A stretch of DNA of 52,567 nt, from positions 1 through 52,567 of the IMG/VR virus record IMGVR_UViG_3300034104_007004. One strand, written 5' to 3'. Under the pieces are notes generated by a model. That model was not told where the DNA came from. It made no database searches and saw nothing but the letters and a program-made list of their open reading frames with translations. Each line of letters opens with the position of its first letter. The first letter of the stretch is position 1. This DNA is from a virus. Lineage: Duplodnaviria; Caudoviricetes. The translations under genes were made by a program, and so were the position numbers. Positions 26,409-34,782 of this stretch are shown in pieces.

Positions 26409-27116
26409 ATGACCTTCGGACAGATAAAATCCATAATTGAAAAAAACTTAGTTGAATCATACAACAAGCCTACTTCCTTTAAACAAACTTTAAGGGAATT
26501 CAAACATAACGTTTTAGAAAATAAAAATTTTGCCAAACTATACTCTTTGTATGATGATTTATTGTCACCTAAAGGTTTGAAAGAAACGGAGGCAAGAGAA
26601 TACCTTGACGAAGGTATTGAAGTGATTAGACATATTCTCAAGACTACTCAACTCCCCAAGAAAGGTGGTGATGTGGTTAATGTTTACGAAGATTTGGACA
26701 ATTTGGTTTATTACACCAAAATCAACATCCAAGAAAGATTAGAGTCAAGAAAAAATATTCTCAAAGCTTTGATGACTGAAACTTCAAAGAAAAGAGAATC
26801 TGTTAATATACCAATCAAATCGATGGTAAACATAGCTAATCAAACTATTCAAAATTATTTGACAAGTTTGGATGAAACAACAAAAAAAGAAGTGTTTCAC
26901 ATCTTGGCATCTAAGTCGGATGACTTGGAAAAAGAATATACAAACCTGAAAGATTCCACAATTTCAAAATTAAATTCTTTATACGAGGAACAATCTGAAT
27001 CTGAAATGAAAACAAGAATTTCAGAAACAATTGAAAAAATTCAGTTGGAAGATTTTGACCAAGTTAATTATATTAGACTAAAACAACTCGAAGAGTCACT
27101 TAGTCAAGAGAATTAA
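26409..27116 (+). CDS. Hypothetical head-module protein
   Basis: 235 aa helical ORF between portal and protease. Confidence 0.7.
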   Translation: MTFGQIKSIIEKNLVESYNKPTSFKQTLREFKHNVLENKNFAKLYSLYDDLLSPKGLKETEAREYLDEGIEVIRHILKTTQLPKKGGDVVNVYEDLDNLVYYTKINIQERLESRKNILKALMTETSKKRESVNIPIKSMVNIANQTIQNYLTSLDETTKKEVFHILASKSDDLEKEYTNLKDSTISKLNSLYEEQSESEMKTRISETIEKIQLEDFDQVNYIRLKQLEESLSQEN

Positions 27117-27282
27117 GTTTCTGTTTGTAAATTGCAGACAATTTTTGTTTTCGTCTAACTACTGATTTTTTCGTAAACTCTTTTCTCCCATTCAAAATTT
27201 GGGACTGTTTGGTTTTGATTACTTTGGATTTCAAAGTCTTTAAAGCTTTTTCTATGTTTGAGTTAACAATTACAATTAGCAT
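27100..27282 (-). CDS. rpsU: Ribosomal protein bS21
   Basis: NIEKALKTLKSKVIKTK....L..RKEFTKKSVVRR...AIYKQ matches the bS21 pattern; 60 aa, basic. Confidence 0.88.
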   Translation of the reverse strand: MLIVIVNSNIEKALKTLKSKVIKTKQSQILNGRKEFTKKSVVRRKQKLSAIYKQKLNSLD

Positions 27283-27360
27283 ATTTAAGAAATATTTTGG
27301 AAATCCGAAAAAGACTCCTATAATTAAAGAAAATAAACGGAAAGAAATATTTCAACCCAC

Positions 27361-27831
27361 GTGAAAAAAGGGAAAACAGTAAAGATTAACCAATACGATT
27401 CATTAAAAACTTTGTACGGTACAGTTGATTCAAAAAATCTTAAATCATTATACATAAACATTCAAACGTGGGTAATTCCCGTTCAAGATTCCGAAAATTG
27501 GACCCGTGTGGTAGGTAATTTATCTCGTGATGTGAAACATTCTGTATACGAGAGTTTAGACCGAAATTTGTTCAAAGAAAATTTTATTGTGGATTTAGAC
27601 TTAAGGACAAGTGGTATTCGATTAGAAAAACATTCTTTCATGAATTTAGAGATTAATTTATTTACTAAAGAAAAATTGGATTTCAAAGGAAATAAATTAA
27701 AAGATTCAATCAAGAAAATTTTGAGGGAAGTCTACAAAGATTGTGTTATGAAAAATGATTATTTTGTCTTTTCCAACTCTAAAGAAACGGGTGAAAAGAA
27801 AACTAACCTATATCCTAATATTTATCTCTAA
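27361..27831 (+). CDS. Hypothetical protein
   Basis: 156 aa ORF with GTG start, divergent from bS21. Confidence 0.7.
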   Translation: MKKGKTVKINQYDSLKTLYGTVDSKNLKSLYINIQTWVIPVQDSENWTRVVGNLSRDVKHSVYESLDRNLFKENFIVDLDLRTSGIRLEKHSFMNLEINLFTKEKLDFKGNKLKDSIKKILREVYKDCVMKNDYFVFSNSKETGEKKTNLYPNIYL

Positions 27832-27839
27832 AAGAGATA

Positions 27840-28556
27840 ATGAAAGATTTAAAAATTTTGGGTCCTCGTGATACGGGTAAGGGTATCCTTATTGAAATGG
27901 ACGCGGGATATGTGTCACCCAAAGATATACTAAATGAAGATTTTTTAAAAGAACAAAAAGATTTAGATTATAGAAACCCTTTTGAATTCTACGCCGTTCT
28001 ACAGAAGTATGGTGTACCTAATCGTAATGGTAGGGTATACCCTGAAAGAATTCTCAAAAGAGAAGCTGACAAGTACAAAAACATTATTAAGAAAGGACTT
28101 TCAACTTCAGAGTTGAATCACCCTGAATCTTCATTAATTGACCTCGATAGAGTATCCCACATAATCACTGATATTTGGTGGGATGGAAATATCTTGATGG
28201 GAAAACTCAAACTTCTCACTTCACCAGGTTTTCACGAAAAGGGGATTGTATCCACAAAGGGAGACATAGCAGCTAACTTAATGAGACAAGGTGTTACGAT
28301 GGGAGTTTCTTCAAGAGGTGTAGGTTCTTTGGCTAAAAAGGGTGAACAAAATGAAGTACAAGATGATTTCGAGTTAATTTGTTTCGATTTGGTATCCTCA
28401 CCTTCAACACCTGGCGCTTATCTATTCAGTGATGTTGATGACAGGACTCAATACGAAGAAAATCTTGATGAAGAAAAAAAACAACTCGCTCAGAGTCACG
28501 GAATGGAAAAATCTGTTGATTTAATGAAAAAATTATCCGATTTTTTAACAAGATAA
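27840..28556 (+). CDS. Prohead core protease (T4 gp21-like)
   Basis: NRNGRVYP, ELNHP, GVSSRGVGS, FDLVSSPSTPGAY. Confidence 0.95.
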   Translation: MKDLKILGPRDTGKGILIEMDAGYVSPKDILNEDFLKEQKDLDYRNPFEFYAVLQKYGVPNRNGRVYPERILKREADKYKNIIKKGLSTSELNHPESSLIDLDRVSHIITDIWWDGNILMGKLKLLTSPGFHEKGIVSTKGDIAANLMRQGVTMGVSSRGVGSLAKKGEQNEVQDDFELICFDLVSSPSTPGAYLFSDVDDRTQYEENLDEEKKQLAQSHGMEKSVDLMKKLSDFLTR

Positions 28557-28569
28557 AAAAATCAAAAAC

Positions 28570-28779
28570 ATGGATGAGAAATTTTTTGTAGCGAAAGTTG
28601 TTTACGATATGCCTGATGAAAACTCAGGTAGAATTAAAAAAATCCGAGAGGAGAAGTTGGTAAAGGGTTATTCCGTTACTGACGTTGAGGCTAAAGTTAC
28701 TGAGAAGTATACAGGGTTTCAACACGATTGGAGAATTTTTTCAGTAAGCGAAAGTAAGATTGATGAAGTAATCGATTAA
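28570..28779 (+). CDS. DUF4494-like small protein
   Basis: FVAKVVYD...G..KK..E..LV...S.TDVEAKV......IFSVSESKIDEV. Confidence 0.7.
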   Translation: MDEKFFVAKVVYDMPDENSGRIKKIREEKLVKGYSVTDVEAKVTEKYTGFQHDWRIFSVSESKIDEVID

Positions 28780-28783
28780 TTAG

Positions 28784-28808
28784 AAGTGGGGTAACCCACT
28801 TTTTTTTT
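28784..28808 (+). terminator. Intrinsic terminator
   Basis: aagtggg-gtaa-cccactt followed by a T run. Confidence 0.85.
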
Positions 28809-28811
28809 GTT

Positions 28812-28862
28812 GTTCATTTCTGTCATTTCATCCGTTTGGATGTGACAGAAATGAACTTTTTT
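28812..28862 (+). other. Long hairpin upstream of the scaffold gene
   Basis: gttcatttctgtca/tgacagaaatgaac 14-bp perfect stem plus catcc/ggatg, followed by T6. Confidence 0.7.
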
Positions 28863-28903
28863 ATTTACTACACTATTTATAAGGTAAATAATAACATTTT
28901 TTT

Positions 28904-30430
28904 ATGCAAGAAACTAAAAATTTAGTTGAAGAGGCTCTGATTCAAATGAAAAACGTTGAAGATGTTATAGCCGAAAACGCAAAAGGAATACTTGCTTCTA
29001 CAATGAAGGAAGAAATCAGTCAGTTAGTAAAAGAATCTCTTACCGAACAAGATGTCGAAGATGAGATTGAAGTCGATACCAAATTGGAATTACCTATGGA
29101 TACTATGGGTGATGAAGATGAAGTTGATTTTGACATGGGTAATTCTGAGGATGACGACGAGTCGGAAGACGAACTCGAAATGGATTTTTCAGATGATACT
29201 ATCGATTTAAGAGACGCATCAGACGAGGAAATTTTGAAAATTTTCAAAGCTATGGGTGAAGAAGACGGAATTATTGTTTCTAAAGATGACGACGAAGTTC
29301 ATATTAAGGACAATAATGAAGATGTGGAATACATCGTTAAAATGAACGAATCGGAAGAAATGGACGAAGAGTTAGAAGAAGGTGACATGGAGTTCGAAGA
29401 ACTTGATGAGGCTGACCCTGACTTGGAAGCTGTATTATCTGCTTTGTATAATTCTAACTCTAAAGAAATGGAAGAAGAAATGGACGACGAAGTAGTCTAT
29501 GAAATCGAAATGTCAGAAGACGACGAGATGGAAGAATCTATGGAAATGGATGAAGAGGAAATGGAAGGGTCTATGGAAATGGACGAAGAAATGTATGACT
29601 CTGAAATGGAAGAAGGTTCTGAAGAATACAATCTCGAAGAAGCTAAGATGACTGTAAAACCAAAAGGCGTTGGTATAGGAAGTCCCAAATTTAAGTATGA
29701 TAAGTCATTACCTAAAAAGGGCTTCGATGAAGATAAAAAAGAGGGTCCCAAAACTATGGGAACTGGCAAAGCTAAATTCGAATTTAAAGAAGGTGAAACA
29801 GAAGGTGAAATGGAAGAGGACTATGGTTCTAAGAAACACGAATACAGACGTAAGAAAGTAGACGGTGTTGAAAAGAAATCTGGCGAAAAGAAAGGACATT
29901 ACAAAGATTACGAAAAAGAAGAAACGAAAGAGGCTGCTAGAACTTATGGAATGGGCTCTAAAGAGGGTAGAGGTTTGAGAAAAGGAATCACTAACAACCG
30001 TAATTACGTATATGGTAATAATGGTGTGAAGGTTGAATCTGTAGAAATTGAATTAAAAGTTCTCAGAGAGAAAAATGAGGAGTACAGACAAGCACTCAAC
30101 ATTTTCAGAGAGAAACTTAATGAAGTTGCTGTATTTAACTCAAACTTGGCATACGCGACCCGTTTGTTCACTGAACATTCGACTACCAAAAAAGAAAAAA
30201 TCAATATCTTAAGAAGATTTGATTCTGTAGAAAATCTTAAAGAATCAAAATCTCTCTATAAGACAATCAAAGAAGAATTGGGTAAAACCACAACACAGAG
30301 TGTCAATGAGAACGTTGAAAGAAAACTCAACAATCAAATGACTTCAGGTTCCTCAGCTTCATTGATTGAATCTAAGACATACGAAAATCCTCAGTTCATG
30401 AGAATTAAGGATTTGATGTCAAAAATTTAA
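28904..30430 (+). CDS. Prohead core/scaffolding protein (gp22-like)
   Basis: Very acidic and coiled-coil; sits between protease and capsid; many LxE sites. Confidence 0.8.
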   Translation: MQETKNLVEEALIQMKNVEDVIAENAKGILASTMKEEISQLVKESLTEQDVEDEIEVDTKLELPMDTMGDEDEVDFDMGNSEDDDESEDELEMDFSDDTIDLRDASDEEILKIFKAMGEEDGIIVSKDDDEVHIKDNNEDVEYIVKMNESEEMDEELEEGDMEFEELDEADPDLEAVLSALYNSNSKEMEEEMDDEVVYEIEMSEDDEMEESMEMDEEEMEGSMEMDEEMYDSEMEEGSEEYNLEEAKMTVKPKGVGIGSPKFKYDKSLPKKGFDEDKKEGPKTMGTGKAKFEFKEGETEGEMEEDYGSKKHEYRRKKVDGVEKKSGEKKGHYKDYEKEETKEAARTYGMGSKEGRGLRKGITNNRNYVYGNNGVKVESVEIELKVLREKNEEYRQALNIFREKLNEVAVFNSNLAYATRLFTEHSTTKKEKINILRRFDSVENLKESKSLYKTIKEELGKTTTQSVNENVERKLNNQMTSGSSASLIESKTYENPQFMRIKDLMSKI

Positions 30431-30462
30431 AAAAATAAAATTCCTTAAAAAAAATTAAAAAA

Positions 30463-32256
30463 ATGGGAGCATTACTTGAATCAGGTCTTGTTGGTAACAT
30501 CGGTCTTAAGCACCTTAAAGTTATCAAAGAAGACACAATCAACAAATGGGAAAAATTAGGTTTCCTCGATGGACTTAAGGGTCACCTTAAGGAGAACGTA
30601 GCTCAGTTGTATGAAAACCAAGCTTCACACTTAATCAATGAAGCATCTTCAACGGCTGACTCAGGTTCTTTCGAAACTGTAGTTTTCCCAATCGTTAGAA
30701 GAGTTTTCTCTAAACTTTTGGCTAACGATATCGTATCAGTACAAGCTATGAACCTACCTATCGGTAAGTTGTTCTACTTCGTACCTAACATTCAATCATA
30801 CGAGAATGCACAGAATCAACACTGGGCACCTTACGGTTCTCCTAACGCAGCTGCAGACCAAACACCTAACAGCGGTTATGACTACCAAAACACTAAAGAC
30901 CTTTACGATAGATTCTACGAAGGTAACGAACCAGCTCTTGACCCACCAGGTCTTTACGACTACTCAAGAGGTCAGTTCTCGGCAATCACAGGTGACTGTT
31001 CTACAGTAGCTTGGGCTGGTGACCAATTGATTCTAACAGCGTATGGACTTGATAACTATAGAAAAGTTCTTCTTGTTATGTCAGGTTTTGCAAACGCAGG
31101 TGCTGGTCAATTGATTGGTCCTGATGGTAACCCAATGGACACTGAAACTTTCCTTGCAGGTTTGGAAATCAGAGGAGTACTTGGAAACGTTTACACGTCA
31201 GCAAACACTCAGAACAACTATCTCTTTAGAGTTGTTACTCAAAGATATGGTGATGGTATCGTTCAATACGGTCAAGATGTAACATTAGGGTTCCCCAACT
31301 CTAAGACTGATGGTGGAACTTACTATAACGTCTGTGATGCTTACGGTAAAATCTACTTGGAAGTTGACCTTCAGACACCAGTTTGTGTTACATGTGGTCC
31401 TTCTATGGATGGTTACACAGGTTCATCGTTCTCTTCGAACTCACTTGTGAACACTTCATTCATCACTACTTACAGAATTTACAAGAACTTGGAATTCGAA
31501 GACAGATTAGGTGAAGTTTCTTTCGACCTTGAGTCTGTAACAGTTTCTGTTACTGAAAGAAAGTTGAGAGCACAATGGTCACCTGAAATGGCTCAAGACG
31601 TAGCTGCGTTCCACAACATTGACGCTGAGGCTGAATTGACAGCGTTATTGTCTGAACAAGTAGCTGCTGAAATTGACCGTGAAATCTTGAGAGACTTGAG
31701 AAAAGCTGCGGCTTGGAACTTGAGATGGGATTACAACGGTTGGAAGAGACTTGGAAATGGAAATGGTTCAAACCCTTACACTCAGAAGGACTGGAACCAA
31801 ACCCTTATCACAGCAATCAACCAAATCTCAGCACAAATCCACAAATCTACTTTGAGAGGTGGAGCTAACTGGATTGTTGTATCTTCTGAGGTATCGGCTA
31901 TCTTTGACGACTTGGAGTACTTCCACGTATCAAACGCAGCTCCTGAGCAAGACCAATACAACATGGGTATTGAGAGAGTTGGAACATTGGCAGGTAGATA
32001 TCAAGTTTACCGTGACCCTTACTTCCCAGCAAACCAAGTATTGTTGGGTCACAAAGGTACATCGTTACTTGACACAGGTTACATCTACGCACCGTATGTA
32101 CCTCTACAACTCACTCCTACAATGTACAACCCATTCAACTTTACACCAATCAAGGGTATCATGACCAGATACGCTAAGAAGGTGGTGAACAACCGTTTCT
32201 ACGGACGTATCACAGTTGATGGTGTAAGAACATTCGACTTGAGAGAATTGAGATAA
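30463..32256 (+). CDS. Major capsid protein (T4 gp23-like)
   Basis: PIVRRVF..LLANDIVSVQAM..P.G, RKLRAQWSPEMAQD..AFH.IDAEAEL..LLSEQVAAEIDREIL, YAPYVPL, GIMTRYA. Confidence 0.97.
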   Translation: MGALLESGLVGNIGLKHLKVIKEDTINKWEKLGFLDGLKGHLKENVAQLYENQASHLINEASSTADSGSFETVVFPIVRRVFSKLLANDIVSVQAMNLPIGKLFYFVPNIQSYENAQNQHWAPYGSPNAAADQTPNSGYDYQNTKDLYDRFYEGNEPALDPPGLYDYSRGQFSAITGDCSTVAWAGDQLILTAYGLDNYRKVLLVMSGFANAGAGQLIGPDGNPMDTETFLAGLEIRGVLGNVYTSANTQNNYLFRVVTQRYGDGIVQYGQDVTLGFPNSKTDGGTYYNVCDAYGKIYLEVDLQTPVCVTCGPSMDGYTGSSFSSNSLVNTSFITTYRIYKNLEFEDRLGEVSFDLESVTVSVTERKLRAQWSPEMAQDVAAFHNIDAEAELTALLSEQVAAEIDREILRDLRKAAAWNLRWDYNGWKRLGNGNGSNPYTQKDWNQTLITAINQISAQIHKSTLRGGANWIVVSSEVSAIFDDLEYFHVSNAAPEQDQYNMGIERVGTLAGRYQVYRDPYFPANQVLLGHKGTSLLDTGYIYAPYVPLQLTPTMYNPFNFTPIKGIMTRYAKKVVNNRFYGRITVDGVRTFDLRELR

Positions 32257-32276
32257 TCTATCTCAATATACAAACT

Positions 32277-32302
32277 AAAGGGGACCTCGGTCCCCTTTTT
32301 TT
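32277..32302. terminator. Intrinsic terminator after the capsid gene
   Basis: aaaggggac-ctcg-gtccccttttttt. Confidence 0.88.
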
Positions 32303-32480
32303 ATTTCCCGTGTTTACAAAATTTAGAATCGTAACCAAAATACAAACACCTGAAAATTTCTACTTCAGTTCTTAAGGGTTGATATTTGTCACCAATGTAT
32401 GGTTTATGACCATTTCTAACTGCCATGGTTAATTTGAGTTCTCCCTCTACAATTTTTTTGATAATATCTTTTTCAGTCAT
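32301..32480 (-). CDS. Small hypothetical protein, 59 aa
   Basis: MTEKDIIKKIVEGELKLTMAVRNGHKPYIGDKYQPLRTEVEIFRCLYFGYDSKFCKHGK. Confidence 0.55.
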   Translation of the reverse strand: MTEKDIIKKIVEGELKLTMAVRNGHKPYIGDKYQPLRTEVEIFRCLYFGYDSKFCKHGK

Positions 32481-32515
32481 AACTAAGCAAAAAAAAAGTC
32501 CTTAACGGACTTATT

Positions 32516-32743
32516 TTAAATTTCTTTTTCTATGGATGGTTTATTTAACATTCTTAAAGATTTGGACAATATTTCTGCCTCTTGTAATGTAAATATGCCG
32601 GAGTGGTAAGATTTCTCTAAAGCAACCTGTAAAACATAAAATGCTTGAGGTTCTGATAAATCTAAAACTAATTTTTCAAAATCCTCGGGTCCTGTATATT
32701 GGATTTTATCAAACAAAACACCTATTGAATTAAATTCTTCCAT
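32516..32743 (-). CDS. Hypothetical protein
   Basis: 75 aa ORF. Confidence 0.65.
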   Translation of the reverse strand: MEEFNSIGVLFDKIQYTGPEDFEKLVLDLSEPQAFYVLQVALEKSYHSGIFTLQEAEILSKSLRMLNKPSIEKEI

Positions 32744-32776
32744 TTTTTTATTTCAAACTATTTATGTTAATATACT

Positions 32777-33505
32777 ATGGAAAAGAAAAATTTAAAGGAA
32801 TCCACAGGAGCGGTTAATGCTGGTAGTTTCAAAGTACCTTTGAATTTAGCTCCACACATTTGGGATAAACATACTGTCGCCCCTTTTGATATTCCTGCTT
32901 CAGAATATGTGTCGAACGCCAATGCCTATGATTCATACGACGGTCAGATGCAAACAAACAAGAAACAAATTTCTAAGAACGAAAGAATTGCCCTTAAAAA
33001 GGCAAAAATTGCCAAGAAAAATTTCACACAAAATGATGCTGGAGGTAATCCAATTAATGGATACGACCCAAGTGCCGTTAAACAACCTGGTACACCTGAC
33101 TATATTAAAAAAATTGCCAATCTACCTAAATCAGATTACGAACCAATTATGATAAAAGAAGATTTAGCGGTATGGTTTGGTACAAAGAAAAAACCAAAAG
33201 GGTCCAAACAACCCAAAGGTCCTTGGGTAAACATTTGTAGAAAAAAAGAAGGTGGCGGACATCCACCCTGTGGTAGACCTGAAGGGGAGTCAAAGGGATA
33301 TCCTAAGTGTAGAGCCGCGGGTGTGGCGTCAAAAATGACTGATGCACAGAAAAAAGCTGCTTGTGCTCAAAAAAGAGCCGCCGAAAAAAAAGACCCCAAA
33401 GTTGGTAAGGGTAACAAACCAACTATGACGTCTTACAAACCAAAGAAAAAAAATGAGGGACTGAGAGACCTAATACAGAAAGTTCTTAAGGAGTCTTTTT
33501 TATAG
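32777..33505 (+). CDS. Basic putative head-internal protein with a Cys-motif domain
   Basis: WFG...GPWVNICRK..GGHPPCGR...YPKCR; LKES termini; TATTTAT upstream. Confidence 0.7.
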   Translation: MEKKNLKESTGAVNAGSFKVPLNLAPHIWDKHTVAPFDIPASEYVSNANAYDSYDGQMQTNKKQISKNERIALKKAKIAKKNFTQNDAGGNPINGYDPSAVKQPGTPDYIKKIANLPKSDYEPIMIKEDLAVWFGTKKKPKGSKQPKGPWVNICRKKEGGGHPPCGRPEGESKGYPKCRAAGVASKMTDAQKKAACAQKRAAEKKDPKVGKGNKPTMTSYKPKKKNEGLRDLIQKVLKESFL

Positions 33506-33531
33506 TTGTATCCTTTTTATCAGGTGAAGGA

Positions 33532-33852
33532 CTATGGTTTACAGGTATCTTGAGGTATTTCAGATGTTTTATTGGTATCGCCCAAATTTGTTTGAGTTGG
33601 TAATTCCCCCTTTTTTTCTGTTTTTTTTGGTACCACTACTTTCTCTATAGGTTTTATTTGAGGTGTTGGTCCACTCAAAATTTCAATAGGTATTGCGACA
33701 ATTGGGTCTTGATTAACAACTCGTAATTCACTTTTACCGAGAGTTGAAGGAAGGATGTCTTTGAGGTTAATAACTAAAAGAGTCAAAAATGTCCCAACAA
33801 AGAGCATAGTTAAAAAACCAATGTAAAATAAGGTATGGAAGGGATGTTTCAT
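33532..33852 (-). CDS. Membrane-anchored hypothetical protein
   Basis: N-terminal TM helix. Confidence 0.6.
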   Translation of the reverse strand: MKHPFHTLFYIGFLTMLFVGTFLTLLVINLKDILPSTLGKSELRVVNQDPIVAIPIEILSGPTPQIKPIEKVVVPKKTEKKGELPTQTNLGDTNKTSEIPQDTCKP

Positions 33853-34253
33853 TTAACTTCGTGTAAAATCTTTTTTAGTGAACTTTGAATGTTAGAGGTA
33901 ATTTGTTTTTCAAATTCATCTCTTCTTTTTTCAACCTCTGTATCAAAGTAGTCTAACAACTTTGTCCAAGGTTTATCTGTAACATAGATATCGTAGGCAT
34001 AGACGTGATTAATGATTTTGATTCTATGACTGTCAAGAATAATAAAAACATCCGAAGTTTCACTTTTAATATATCTTTTCCCACTTCTTGGTGTAAGTAA
34101 CAATGTTGATTCTTTATGATTAATCAACGTCTTACAAATTGAAATAGAGTCGTTTTCGTAAATTGATTTTTCATAATCCGTTTCAATGTAACGGAAAACA
34201 CGGATGGTTTGTCTTTGAACAAACCGACGGAACTTGTGGTAGAGGTTATACAT
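33849..34253 (-). CDS. Hypothetical protein
   Basis: 134 aa; TTTG-19-TATATTTG promoter at 34301-34271. Confidence 0.7.
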   Translation of the reverse strand: MYNLYHKFRRFVQRQTIRVFRYIETDYEKSIYENDSISICKTLINHKESTLLLTPRSGKRYIKSETSDVFIILDSHRIKIINHVYAYDIYVTDKPWTKLLDYFDTEVEKRRDEFEKQITSNIQSSLKKILHEVK

Positions 34254-34302
34254 ATGTAGATATTTGACTACAAATATACAACATCAAATTCAAACTACAA
34301 AG

Positions 34303-34782
34303 TTAACAATATACTCCCGAGCATCTTTTTTTTCCATCGAGACCTGGCATTCTACCTTTACAAACTTGAACGGCGTATCCGTTTGCGTAAGCACTTGGGT
34401 ACACATCGAATTTTGATTTTGCGGCTGCTTTACCTCTTGCACACAACTTAGTACCTGTTTTCTTTCTTCCCTCTATTATGGTAACATCATCCATCATAGA
34501 CATATCCATTTCAGAATCTTGAGTTTCGTTCATAAGAAAATCAAAAACTTGGTCCATGTTTTCTTTTGCAACGGTAATGTGGTCGTCAGCCCAATCGTGA
34601 CCGTTTTCCAAAATATGATTGATTACCTCATCATCTAACTCCAATAAAAGTTCTGCTTGTCTTTTGATTTGTTCAAGATTACTGAAGAACATATAACGAC
34701 TATGTTCATGTTCTGATTCCTTAATAACTTTATTGACTAATTTTTGTAAGTCTGTTGCTGTGAGTTTGATTACCTTTTTCAT
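34303..34782 (-). CDS. Putative head-internal protein
   Basis: MKKVIKLTATDLQKLVNKVIKE leader; C-terminal KLCARGKAAAKSKFDVYPSAYANGYAVQVCKG domain. Confidence 0.7.
   Translation of the reverse strand: MKKVIKLTATDLQKLVNKVIKESEHEHSRYMFFSNLEQIKRQAELLLELDDEVINHILENGHDWADDHITVAKENMDQVFDFLMNETQDSEMDMSMMDDVTIIEGRKKTGTKLCARGKAAAKSKFDVYPSAYANGYAVQVCKGRMPGLDGKKRCSGVYC

Noticed and set aside
22715-32256. Introns or inteins in terminase, portal or capsid genes
   Set aside because: ORFs are uninterrupted, of expected size, with no intein terminal motifs evident
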